Position numbers and translations under genes: made by a program
Assembly: GCF_009914755.1 (NCBI RefSeq)
Contig: NC_060929.1
Length of the DNA: 64,000 nucleotides
Strand: one strand, 5' to 3'
DNA from: the human T2T-CHM13v2.0 reference genome, Homo sapiens
In this document: positions 1 through 12,860 of the stretch, one piece after another
How the letters are laid out: the number at the start of each line of letters is the position of its first letter
Numbering within the stretch: the first letter of the stretch is position 1
Notes under the pieces: model-generated
The model's input: only the letters and a program-made list of their open reading frames with translations
The model's database searches: none
What the model was told of the DNA's origin: nothing

Positions 1-18
1 ATGTTTGCAGTAAACTCC

Positions 19-1378
19 TTTTTAAACTTTTATTTTAAATTCTGGGGTACATGTGCAGGTTTGTTATATAGGTAAACTTGTGTCATGGATGTTTGTTGTA
101 CAGATTATTTCATCGCCCAGATATTAAGCCTAGTAACCATTAGTTATTTTTCCTAATCCTCTCCCTCCTCCCACCCTCCACCCTCCAATAGGCTCTAGTG
201 TGTGTTGTTTCCCTCTACGTGTCCATGTGTTCTCATCATTTAGCTCCTAATTAATGTGTAGTATTTGTTTTTCTGCTCCTGCATTAGTTTGCTAAGGATA
301 ATTGCCTCCAGTTTCATCCACATTCCTGTGAAAGACATGATTGCATTCTTTTTTATGGCTGTATAGTATTTCATGGTGTATATGTACCACATTTTCTGTA
401 TCCAGCCTATCATTGATGGGCATTTGGGTTGACTCCATGTCTTTGCTATTGCAAATAGTGCTGCAATGAGCATATGTGTGCATGTGTCTTTATAATAGAA
501 TGGTTTATATTCCTTTGGGTATATACTCAGTAATGGATTGTTGACTTGAATGGTATTTCTGTCTTTTGATCTTTGAGGAATCGCCACACTGTCACAATGG
601 TTGAACTAATTTATGCTCCCACCAACAGTGTATGAGTGTTTCTTTTTCTTCACAACCTTGCCAGCATCTGTCATTTTTTGACTTTTAATAATAGCCATTC
701 TGACTGGTGCAAGATGATATCTCATTGCCGTTTTGATTTGCACTTCTCTAATGATTAGTGATGTTGAGCTTTTTTTTTCATAGGATTGTTGGCTGCATGT
801 ATGTCTTCTTTTGAAAAGTGTCTGTTCATGTCCTTTGGCCACGTTTTAATGTTTTTTTTTCCTTGTAAATTTGTTTAAGTTTCTTATAGATGCTGAATAT
901 TACACCCTTGCCAGATGCATAGTTTGCAAAAATTTTCTCCCATTTGTAGGTTGTCTGTTTACTCTGTTGATAGTCTCTTTTGCTGTGCAGAAGATCTTTA
1001 GTTTAATTAGATCCCATTTGTCAATTTTTCCTTTTTTGCAGTTGCTTTTGGCATCCTTGTCATGAAATCTTTGCCTGTTCCTATGTCCTGAATGGTATTG
1101 CCTATGTTGTCTTCCAGGGTTTTTATAGTTTTGGGTTTTAAATTTAAGTCTTTAATACATCTTGAGTTGATTTTTGTATATGGTGTAAGGAAGGGGGTCC
1201 AGTTTCAATCTTCTGTATATGGCTAGTCAGCTGTCCCAGCACCATTTATTAAATAGGGAATCCCTTCCTCATTGCTTGATTTTGTCAGGTTTGTTGAAGA
1301 TCAGATAGCTATAGGTGTGTGGTCTTATTTCTGGGTTCTGTATTCTGTTACATTGGTCTATATGTCTGTTTTTGTACC
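19..1378 (-). mobile_element. 5'-truncated LINE-1, older primate L1PA (L1PA13-16-like): 3' UTR and end of ORF2
   Basis: T-rich tail then L1 3' UTR (ctggggtacatgtgcaggtttgttatataggtaaac). ORFs 240-587 and 606-842 translate to degraded ORF2 C-terminus (KDTCTHMLIAALFAIAKTW, MRYHLAPVRMAII). Confidence 0.92.
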
Positions 1379-1602
1379 ACTTTTCTTATATCCTTAAACC
1401 CTCCTGAATGCTTGTAAGTCCCTTTTGGGGAGACGTAGGCCATTATATCCTGAACTTCTGGTAACAGGCCGGTGTTCTGCCAAAGAAGGAATTTGTGGAA
1501 GTCTTACTGCATTTTCTCCCACATAATTCTTCTCTTTTGGTCAGATTAAACTCCCTGCTACTGCAGCCTCTTAAAAAAATCCACCTAAGCCTTGCTTAAG
1601 AT

Positions 1603-1615
1603 TGCCATCTGCTGG
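1603..1615 (-). promoter_or_regulatory. Candidate CTCF core motif
   Basis: TGCCATCTGCTGG reads CCAGCAGATGGCA on the minus strand, matching the CTCF core CCASYAGRKGGCR, in non-repeat sequence. Motif match only. Confidence 0.4.
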
Positions 1616-3266
1616 CATTTTGCCTGAGACTTCGCAGATACCCAGCCTATGGGCAATTGTTATAACTGCTTCTCCCAGTTCCAGATTTTGCTCTCTCTTT
1701 GCCAGCCTATGATTATGTGGTCCCAGCATGCATCACGCTAAAAGGGGATAGGCAAATCTGATCTGCATATGTGCTTATAACACGGTATGTATAAATCATT
1801 TTAAATAAAAATGTTTTAAGGTTACTATTGAGAAATTCTAGGCATGCAAGTGGCAAAGATACACATAAGCAAAATAAACATATTTACAATCTGAGAAAAG
1901 AGAATAGTTCTGGGAAAGAAGTAGCACCTCAAAATTGTCAACTACAAGTAATATATATTCTACTCAGATTTACCTAGCCCATTAAGAAATCATTTTTTAT
2001 GTTATAGGCAAATGTGAAGAATTATGGGTAAGATAGCTTTTACATCAAAGATAATTTACCTTGCTTGGCAGGTTTTCTGAAATACATGAGTCTACTGTTT
2101 GTATCGCTCTGAAAATTTTTTTTCTAACTATTTTATAGTAAATTCACGTAATACAATCATGGGCTTTAAAAAATCCAATTCGAATGTTTCAATTCATGGC
2201 AATGATTGTTCTTCAAAATCTTATTGAGCAATTTCTGTACAAATGATCAGTTCAAGTAAAAATTTCATATGAAAAAAATTACCTTTATAGGAACCTCATT
2301 CATAAGATGTTAAAGGTACCTAGATATTCTTTACCTTTTTATGGGCATTCTCCAGATTATTAGATAATCATCTGTCTTTAACATTCCTCTAAAATTGAGA
2401 TAATTGCATCTTATGGGGTCTTTTGAGTAAATAAGGAAAACACATACAAAATTTTGCATAGCTTTATCAGAAATAGGTTAAGCTCAAGCTGAAAAACAGT
2501 TTATGCTTTGTTATATAGCCTTTATTACTACCTCCAATAAATAAGCTATTACAATGCCACATCACTAGAAGAGTGTCAACTATATCTGATTCCAAGTCAC
2601 TGAAATGTCTCATTATTAATTAGCTTGCAGTATAGCACAGGAAGAATAACGCATTTTTATCTAGACAAATTTAGAGCATATGTTTTGGCTGACCAACTAC
2701 ATTCCAATGTACAGTGCACCACTGTCATTTTTAGGCATTTACTTTCTCACTAGCACAATAGCTATACAGGAGAGTAAGTACTGATAATAGCTGTGTGAAT
2801 ACAGCCTTATGATGATGGTCTACCAAATAGTGGACTCATAAAATTTGGGGCGCATGAGAATCATAGTAGTTCGCAACTCATGAGTCTTGAGTGAATAACA
2901 ATTTATTAAAAAGTAATAAAAGAAATACATTAAAATGCTATGTAAAAGACATTTTTAAGACATTAAACTATGTTATATACCAGTGTCTCCTAAAGCCTTT
3001 TTATAATTTAAAGATGATACACGTTTGTTTGTGATGCAGTCCTCTGTCTTTTTTTAAATTGCAATTTGAGATAGTGTTTTGCTAATTATGCTTTTAATGT
3101 GTTTGCTATAGTCATGCAGCCAACAAAATTTAGAACCCATGGACGATTTCTTGGCATAATTTATTTATACTGGACATCCTCATTGGATAAATTTAATATT
3201 TATTTTGATCACTAATCTAATGCAATAGTGTCATGAAGGCATTTCATCTTTTTGCAAAATGAATAA

Positions 3267-3551
<285 letters not shown>

Positions 3552-3589
3552 TAATCTCTCTGAAAATAACAATGCATGTAATAAAAATT

Positions 3590-4500
3590 TTTAAGCAGTA
3601 CTATGAAAAATGTGCCCATCTCTCTCTCAAGTTTCATCTACTCCCCAGGAGTTACCTTGTGTACCCTTCCAGAATTTTTCCAGGCATATATACAAGCATA
3701 TGGATACATCTTATTTTATACCTGTGAGATAATACATATAAACTGTTCTGTCATTTGCTTTATCTCTTGGAGAATTTTCTAAATTAGAATAACAAATCTA
3801 CCTTATTCTTTTTAATAGATGTATATAGTCTTCCTTTCTATGGATGTTCATATTTTATTAAACCTAGTTTTGAAAAACATTAATGTTGTTTACAGGTCCT
3901 TTTCCCCTCACTAATATAAATAATGCCGCAGAAATAATCTTGTACACATATATCTGAGTTATGCACAAATATGTTTTCAGGGTAAACACCTTGAAGTACA
4001 GTTAGTGAGTCAAAGGGTATGCAGTTTACATTTTGATAAATTCCTCTTCATAGATATAGTATCAATGCATATTCCCACCATTTATTCAAAACTGTAAAAA
4101 AATTTATTTTACATTTTTGTGTATTTTTTAATTTCATTACTATTGCTTTTGTTTATGAAATTTGCTGTCAATATATTTTCTAATATTTTTTCTACAGTCA
4201 TCTTACTAAACTCTTCCAGTTTATTAGTTGATTCTTTTAGATCTTCCCATATAAAAAACTCTATCATCTAAAAATGGTGATGATTTTTACTCCTCTTGCA
4301 CCTCTCCTATTTTTCTTTTAAAATTTTTATTATAGTGTGTAGAAGTACTTTAAAAAACTGAAACCATAAATTATGTGAAAATCAAATTAAGAATTTTTAT
4401 CTGGGCTTTAAGGCAGACTCCATCTTATCAATATTTATGAAAAATTACAGTTGAATATCATATCCTTATTCTACTTCCACTGAAATCTATGCAAATATTT
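3590..4500 (-). mobile_element. Highly degraded ancient L1 (L1ME/L1MC-like) fragments
   Basis: L1M-like motifs such as tataaataatgccgcagaaataatcttgtacac and gagtcaaagggtatgcagtttacattttgata. Boundaries approximate. Confidence 0.55.
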
Positions 4501-4555
4501 TCTAAATGAGACATTAAATTTTGGAATTGTGAGTATTGTGGAAAATATAAAGTAA

Positions 4556-5863
4556 TGATCCTGACAAAAGCAAACAATGGGGAAAAGAGTCCCTATTCAA
4601 TAAATGGTGCTGGGAGAACTGGTAGCCGTACGCAGAAGATTGAAACTGGATCTCTTCCTTACACCTTGTACAAAAATTAACTGAAGCTATCTTCAAGACT
4701 TAAATAGCAAACCTCAAACTAGAAAAAAACCTAGAAGAAAATCTAGGCAATACCATTCAGGACATAGACACAGGCAAAGATTTTATGATGAAATCACCAA
4801 AAACAATGGCAACAAAAAGAAAAATTGACAAATGGGATCTAATTACACTAAAGAGCTTCTGCACAGCAAACAAAATGATCATCAGAGCAAACTGACAATC
4901 TACAGACTGGGAGAAAAATTTTTCAATCTATTCATCTGACAAAGATCTAATATCCAGAATCTGCAAGGAACTTAAACAAATTTATGAGGAAAAAACAAAC
5001 AACCCTATTAAAAGGTGGGCAAAGGATATGAACAGAAGCTTTTCAAAAAACACATACATGCAGCCAACAAACATATATTAAAAAAGCCCAACATCCCTGA
5101 TCTTTAGAGAAATGCAAATCAAAATCACAATGAAATAACATCTCATGCCAGTCAGAATGGTGATTATTAAAAAGTCAAGAAACAACAGATGTTGGCAAGG
5201 TTGCAGAGAAATAGGAACGTTTTTACACTGTTGATGGGAATGTAAATTAGTTCAACAATTGTGGAAGACAATGTGGTGATTTAGAAATGGAAATACCATT
5301 TGACCCAGCAACTGCACTACTGGGTTTATACCCAAAGGAATATGAATCATTCTATTATAAAGATACATGCAAGCATATGTTCACTGCAGCACTATTCATA
5401 ATAGCAAAGACATGGAATCAACTGAAATGTCCATCAATAACAGACTGGATAAAGAAAATGTCGTGCATATACACCATGGAATATTATGCAGTCATAAAAA
5501 GAAATGAGATAATGCCTTTTGCAGGGACATGGATGAAGTTGGAAGCCATTATCTTCAGTAAATTAATGCAGGAATAGAAAGCCAAACACTGCATGTTCTC
5601 AGTTATAAGTGGAAGCTGAACAACGAGAACACATGGGCACAGGGAGGGGAACAACAGTTACTGCAGCCTGCTGCGGGAGGGTGGGAGAGGGGAAAGATCA
5701 TTAGGGAAAAGAGCTAGTGCATGCTGGGCTTAATACCTAGGTGATGGGTTGTTAGGTGCAGCAAACCAACGAGGCACATGTTTACCTATGTAACAAACCT
5801 GCACATCCTGCGCACGTACCCTCAAATTTAAACAAGAAAAAAATAAAATAATTAAAAAAAAAA
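4556..5863 (+). mobile_element. 5'-truncated LINE-1, older primate L1PA (L1PA13-16-like)
   Basis: ORF2 3' region (ORF 5287-5577 EIPFDPATALLGLYPKEY), 3' UTR gcatgctgggcttaatacctaggtgatggg, A-rich tail at 5835-5863. Confidence 0.92.
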
Positions 5864-5877
5864 ACTTTTAGAAGTCT

Positions 5878-7470
5878 GGGGTTGGCATAAAAACAGATAC
5901 ATAGACCAATAGAACAGAACAGAAAATCTACAAATAAACCCAAGTATATCTGGTCAACTAATTGTTAACATGGGCACCAAGAAAATACCATGGGAAAAGA
6001 TAGCTGTTCAATAAATAGTGTTGGAAAACTTGAACATTTACATGCAAAAGAATGAAATTAGACTTTTAATTACATCATTCACAAGAAATTACCTCAAAAT
6101 GGATTAAAGATCTAAATGTAAACCCTGAAACTATAAAACTTCCAGAAGAAAACGTAGAGGAAAAGCTCCCTGACATGGGTCTTGGCAAAATTTTTTGGAT
6201 TTGACATCACAAGCACAGGCAACAAAAGCAAAAATGAGTAAGTGGGTCTACATCAAGCTCCAAGGCTTCTGCACTATAAAGGAAATAATCAATAAAATAA
6301 AAAAGCAGTCTACAGGTTGGGAGAAAATATTTGTGAATTATATATCTGATAAGGGTTTACTATCCAAAATAAATAAGGAACTCACACAAAACAATAGCAA
6401 AAAATCCAAAAGCCCAATTAAAAACTGGGCAAAAAATATGAATAGACATTTTTCCAAAGAAGACATACAAAGGCCAGTAGTTATATGAAAAACTGCTCGA
6501 TATTACTAATTATCATGGAAGTGCAAATAAAAGCCACAATAAGTTGTCATCTCACACTTGTTACAAAAGATTTTATCAAAAAGACAAGAAATAACAAGTG
6601 TTGGTATGGGTGTGGAGAAATGGAACCCTTATTACACTGTTGGTGGAAATGTAGATCAGTGCAACCACTGTGGAAAATAGTATGGAAGCTCTTAAAGAAA
6701 TTAATAATAGACTACCATATGACCCAGGAACGCTTCTTCTGGGTATATACCCAAAGAAATAAAATCAACACCGAGTAAAGATATGTGCATTCCCATGCTC
6801 ATTGAAGTATTATTCACAATAGCTAAGATATTTAAACAACTAAAGTACTTGTGGACAAAAGAATGAATAAACAAATTGTGGAATATATACACAGTAGAAT
6901 ATTATTCAGTCTTAAAGATGAAGGAGATCCTGCCACTTGTGACAACATGGATGACCCTAGAGGACAGTAGGCTAAGTTAAATAACCCAGATGCAGAAAGA
7001 AAACTACTGCACTATCTCACCTGTATGTAGAATCTTAAATTTAAAAGAATAGGGAATACACAGAAATAGAGAGGAAACTGGTAGATACCAGGAATTGGGG
7101 GAAGAACAGGGAAATTAGAAGACGTAGGTTAAAGGGTACAAAGTTGAAGTTGCAGTTATGTAGCATGAATATGTCTAGAGATCTAATTTGCAACATGAGG
7201 ACTATAGTTAAAAAATTATATTGTCTACTGGTAATTTGTCAAGAGAGTAGATTTTAGGCCCTCTTCCCCAAAAAAAAAAAAAGAAAGAAGGAAGGAAACT
7301 ATGTGAGATGATGAGTATATGAATTTGCTTAACTGTAGTAATTACTATGTAAATGTATATCAAGATATCAATACATCATGTTGTACACCTTAAATATAAT
7401 ATAAACAACAAAAATAAATAAATTAATAATAAAAAGAAATAAAGTACATTGTTTAAGTTGCAAAAAAAGA
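5878..7470 (+). mobile_element. 5'-truncated LINE-1, L1MA-type (L1MA8/9-like 3' end)
   Basis: Degraded ORF2 C-terminus (ORFs 6195-6488 and 6485-6778, CWYGCGEMEPLLHCWWKC), L1MA-type 3' UTR (catcatgttgtacaccttaaata), A-rich tail. Confidence 0.85.
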
Positions 7471-7986
7471 AATATTTGGAATTCTTATAAAATACTATCT
7501 TAAATCATCTCTGATAGAGATGGAACTCCTAGTAGAAACATCACACTTTTAATAGCCATGTAATAAAAGTCTCTTAAAAATTCTAAAAGCAAAGAATTAT
7601 CATTAAAAAAAGAAAAGAAAGCTTTAATATACAATTATCTAAAAATCCAGTGCTAGTTACTCTATGTGTTTCACTAGTGTTTTCCACATAGAGATTTTTA
7701 GTGTGAAGTTTAATCAATAGTTAGCTACAAACCAAATGCAAACTCTATAAGCTGAATTCAGAATTGAAAAAAAAACCTCTCAAATTTTAATGGTTTATTC
7801 TGTAATCCTTCATTTTTACCAAAAATATTGCCTTTATGAAAGTACGAAGGTAAATGAATTTTATACATGTAGTATTTAGTTATAACAGTCTTTCTTGAAT
7901 ATTAAGTTCATTTTCAGTAGATCCAAGCAGGTAATTTAATTGCTCTGCATTTGAATTTTGCCATTTTCATGGCTAGAATATTAAAT

Positions 7987-8297
7987 TTCTTTTTCTTTTT
8001 CTTTATTTCTTTTTTTTGAGACAGAGTCTGGCTCTGTCGCCCAGGCTAGAGTGCAGTGGAGCAATCTTGGCTCACTGCATCGTCTGCCTCCCGAGTTCAA
8101 GCGATTCTCGCCTCAGCCTCCTGAGTAGATGGGATTATAGGCATGCACCACCATGCCGGCTAATTTTTTTAATTTTTAGTAGAGATGGCGTTTCACCTTG
8201 TTGGCCAGGTTGGTCTCGAACTCCTGACCTCAGGTGATCCGCCTGCCTTGGCCTCCCAAACTGCTGGGATTACCGGCGTGAGCCACCGCACCCGGCC
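7987..8297 (-). mobile_element. Full-length AluS (Sx/Sz-like) with 13-bp TSD
   Basis: Complete dimer ending cccggcc. TSD TAGAATATTAAAT at 7974-7986 and 8298-8310. Confidence 0.97.
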
Positions 8298-8809
8298 TAG
8301 AATATTAAATCCAAGTGATGCTTGAATGAAATATAATTGAAAGTTATGGTATTTGTTAGAAAGTACAAATTAATGTTATTCAAATTAAAGTTTTTCTGTT
8401 TCATCAATGTAAGTTTAAAGGGATAATTGCATGCTCAGAAGAAGTTAAAATTGCTGGACCCTGAGGCTCTTTAACCAACTTAGACTAGAAATGCTGCAAT
8501 GCACATTTTACATGCTATTTTAATGCTTAATGTATAAAAAGATATAAAAATGCAAATATATGAGACCATATACTAGATATATTCAAAAGAGTTTCCATTT
8601 ATTGGTCTAATAGCAATTACTTAGGAAATTGTTTACTTAAATACAATATTTACCTGACTTATCTGGTTGCATATCTTATTTGTCATCAATGAGAGCTCAA
8701 GGAGAAGAAAATTTCATTTAGAATTGTTCAGATTTGTCATATTGTAGATATATACTGTGTGCATGTGTGTGTAGCATTTTTTAAAAAGAGATAGCAAATA
8801 TCTTCAAAT

Positions 8810-9010
8810 TCAGAGTCAGACAGAAGTGGTTTTTTGTACATAAAATCGGTGTGACTTCAGGAAAACTATCCAGCTTCTTGAAGCCTCAGTTTATCAGACA
8901 TAAACTGGTTAACCGAGCCAAAATTCCTCTTCTAGTGTTGTTATCAAAATTAAGAGGGATAATATTATTGCAAAACGGTGGGCATTGAACTCAAAATCTA
9001 GTGTTTTTAG
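8810..9010 (+). mobile_element. MIR remnant
   Basis: Degenerate MIR core gtgtgacttcaggaaaact...gaagcctcagtttatc. Confidence 0.6.
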
Positions 9011-9356
9011 TAATAGTAGTAATAACTGTAATTTTTAATTTGAACAATTGCTTGTCAATTACAATGCAGAAGGAAGTAGGAATATTTGCATACGAAGTCC
9101 AGTTCTCTGCTGTGTATTCTCGTCCTCACGGATCTCTTTTTTTGTCTCTTACACAGACACACACACACCTACTACAAATGTAAAACAAGTGGTTAGCAGT
9201 AGAATGGGGTTTCCTTAATAGTAGAAATAACTTTCTATTGTAGATAGTAATTGTATTTCTCCTTGTATCAATAACAGCAAGAATAAAAGCTATTCTCAAT
9301 CTCAGTTTTCTGACATGGTTAAAGAAATTCTCCATTTTATCTACAAACTTCCAGTC

Positions 9357-10381
9357 TGTAGGGAAAAGAATGAGAGATCAGACTGTCACTGTGTCTATGT
9401 AGAAAGGGAAGATGTAAGAGACTCCATTTTGAAAAAGACCTGTACTTTAAACAATTGCTTTGCTGAGATGTTGTTAATTTGTAGCTTTGCCCCAGCCACT
9501 TTGCCCCAGCCACTTTGACCCAACCTGGAGGTCACAAAAACATGTGTTGTATAAAATCAAGGTTTAAGGAATCTAGGGCTGTGCAGGACGTGCCTTGTTA
9601 ACAAAATGTTTACAAGCAGTATACTTGGTAAAAGTCATCGCCATTCTCTAGTCTCAATAAACCAGGGGCGCAATGCACTGCAGAAAGCCACAGGGACCTC
9701 TGCCCTTGAAAGCTGGGTATTGTCCAAGGTTTCTCCCCGTGTGATAGTCTGAAATATGGCCTCGTGGGATGGGAAAGACCTGACCGTCCCCCAGCCCGAC
9801 ACGCGTAAAGGGTCTGTGCTGAGGTGGATTAATAAAAGAGGAAAGCCTCTTGCAGTTGAGATAGAGGAAGGCCACTGTCTCCTGCTTGCCCCTGGGAACT
9901 GAATGTCTTGGTATAAAACCCGATTGTACATTTGTTCAATTCTGAGACAGGAGAAAAACCGCCCTATGGTGGGAGGCGAGATACGTTTGCAGTAATGATG
10001 CTTTGTTATTCTTTACTCCGCTGAGATGTTTGGGTGGAGAGAAACATAAATCTGGCCTACGTGCACATCTAGGCATAGTACCTTCCCTTGAACCTAATTA
10101 TGATATAGATTCTTTTGCTCACATGTTTTTTGCTGACCTTCTTATTATCACCCTGCTCTCCTACTACATTCCTTTTTGCTGTTATAATGAAAATAATAAT
10201 CAGTAAAAACAGAGAACTCAGAGGCCGGTGCCGGTGCAGGTCCTTGGTATGCTGAGCGCCAGTCCCCTGGGCCCACTGTTGTTTCTCTATAATTTGTCTC
10301 TGTGTCTTATTTCTTTTCTCAGTCTCTCATCCCACCCAACTAGAAATACCCACAGGTGTGGAGGGGCAGGCCACCCCTTCA
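9357..10381 (+). mobile_element. Solo LTR of HERV-K(HML-2), LTR5A-type, 1025 bp
   Basis: Starts TGTAGGGAAAAGAATGAGAGATCAGACTG and ends GGCCACCCCTTCA. 5-bp TSD CAGTC at 9352-9356 and 10382-10386. TATAAAA at 9912-9918. No PBS or internal sequence follows. Confidence 0.95.
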
Positions 10382-10508
10382 CAGTCTAGACTGCACTTCA
10401 TGTCCCTCAGGCTGTCTGATCCCTCTAATGCATGCCTCACAGAGATGTTCAGGTCCATGTGTAGAAACTGAAAAGAGCATGGCTCATCAGCTAATGAGGG
10501 TCAGACAG

Positions 10509-10760
10509 AAAAAAAAAAAAAAAAAAAAGAAACAAAAAAAATTGAAAATGAGGGAGGACTTAAAGGTGAAAGGAATCAAAGTGCAGAAACAAAAGGGTAG
10601 AAACTACATTAGATACAAAGGAAAAGAGTGATCGTGACTAGAAAGTTTCCAAAAAGAAAAAGAAAGAAAAGAAAAAAGAAGAAAAGGGTAAAAGTAAAAG
10701 ACTGTAACAGAAAGTAAGCCAAGGAAGCAAATACCATAAGGAAGCAAAGGAACAGATTTC
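10509..10760. repeat. A/purine-rich low-complexity tract
   Basis: Long A run from 10510 followed by AAAAG-type repeats. Confidence 0.75.
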
Positions 10761-12649
10761 TGGCAAGAGGACATTAATAACTATTATAGGCCCTCACCTC
10801 ATTGGTAAAGTTATGAGTTCTGGACTTTTTTTTTTGACAATTTTTATTCCATAAACTATGTTTTGATTTCTTTTTTGTTTTTTTCAAATCTCAGTGGAAG
10901 CCAGATCCATTCAGCAATGGCCACAGAGATGGTGAAATGCAATTAAACATTGTTAAATGAACTCTGGGAATTATAGATTCTTAGGATTAGAGTGGATTGA
11001 AGAAGAAAGATATTTTGTCATAGTCAAATGCCTTCAGTTTAGAGCATTTCTTCTCTTCTCATGCAAATTAAGATTACTTTGCTTAGGATATAGACTTCTA
11101 AATGGATTTTAGCTAAAATCAATGTGTATCGCAAACACAGGATTTATTACAATGATGTTTCATGCTAGAATTCAAAGGGCTTAGCGTTGAAACAGTTAAC
11201 CTTAGCAAACGGAATTTCAGATAACTTAAATTTTCCGTGGCAACGTACACTACATTATGTTCACGCTGCCTTCTGAGCATTAACTTTGGGATATAAGTTG
11301 CATGTGTTTGATAGCTGAAGTTTACTTGATTTTTCCATTAAGAAATGGGGCGTATAGGCAGTGTTTCACTTAACATCTATCCTATAAACACATGTCACTA
11401 AAGAACTGACAACTTAATGCGTTCTGGAACCGAAACCTCACCTTATCACTTCCTGAAAATTTTAGCTTTTAGATTCAAACTGGAACCTTAGAACAGCTTC
11501 TTGCCTTTGCTTTGATGGAATTTAATAATTCTACTGGGTGCAATAACTTTGTAATAACAGCTCATGCTCTAACTCATTAGAAGTAGCATCTTTTAGTAAA
11601 ATAATGTAAGGAATAACTAATACTTTAATAATGAAAGTTTTCCAAAGTTTAAGAAATATAATTAATAATATAATAGTATTTGATTTTTTGTCTATTCGTG
11701 TAAAATAAAACTTTATTTTCTTTTTCTTGCCCCTAGGTACTTTATAATTATTTTATTCTCATAGAGCTGTAATGAATATGTGACATTTCAGATTTGCCCA
11801 ATAAAATATTCTTAAATGTAAATACGTATAGTCAAAAGATATTTTGAATTATCCATTATATATATTTGATGTTTCTTTTGCATAATGATTTTTAAAGCTT
11901 ACCTATTCTTTCTGTTATGTAGTAGAAAGACAGTTATGTTTTTCTTCATTAACCAGTATGGGTTCCAAATAAATGTTAAATAAAGGAAAAATGATAAAAA
12001 TTAGAAACAAGGCGTAGTAATTTGATGTGTCTTTATAGGCTAATCACATTTTCCCAACACAATTTTTAACCAGAACATTTGTTTCAAATGGCCAGGTTCT
12101 TTGGTGGGACTAATCAGCCAAAAGAAATTAAAGAATAAACATTTAATAACTGCAATAAAATGATCTGTAAAGTCTAGTTCTTGTTCCTGTTTCTGTGTTT
12201 GCCCAGCTGCTGGAACAAGTGCTGCTTTGGTGACAGGTGTTAAGTGTCAATTGCCTGAAGTACCATCTCCCAAATACACTCTGTCTGTAGAGACAAGTAA
12301 TTCCCTAACTGCAGTTAGAACAAAACTGAATTGTTCGATCTCATGAAGAATTTTTGAGGTATTAAAATGTTTTTCTATACAGTTCCCATAAAAATTACAG
12401 AGAAATTTCTAGGATTGTTGAATATGCAAATTTTAGTTCCTCAGAGAGGAATTTCCTAAAAGCCACCCAAAGTTATTATTGAAGATAGAGAATGGAAAGA
12501 GGCAGGGAAGACTAAAAAACTCTTTGCTTCTTTCTTGTCTTGGATCTCACCTATATGCTTCAGAACCTTCTCACAAGGTTGTATGACTTAAAGCACTCTT
12601 GGAAATTCAGTCTAATTCCAACCATCCATATTCTCAAAAGTTACTGATA

Positions 12650-12860
12650 AAATAGCATCAAATTTACTACTTACTATGTGCTAGGCCCTGAACTGTTCTA
12701 TATACATTTTCTAATTTAATCTTGATAAAAGTCCAATAATTGACACCATTTTGTAAATCAGAAAACTGGCACAGAGAGGTGCATATTTTGCACAAAGTCA
12801 TCAGCTAGTATATAAGTGACAGAACAGAAACTTAAACCTGGATGTGTCTAACTCCACTAA
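12650..12860 (-). mobile_element. MIR remnant
   Basis: cttactatgtgctaggc...ccattttgtaaatcagaaaactggcacagagagg...cacaaagtcatcagctagt is the reverse complement of MIR. Confidence 0.75.

Noticed and set aside
2805-2890. ATGATGA box-C-like motif suggesting a snoRNA
   Set aside because: No properly placed CTGA box D or terminal stem was found.
10356-10631. Lysine-rich 91-aa ORF resembling a basic nuclear protein
   Set aside because: Non-ATG start inside the LTR end, and the poly-Lys is simply the translated A tract.
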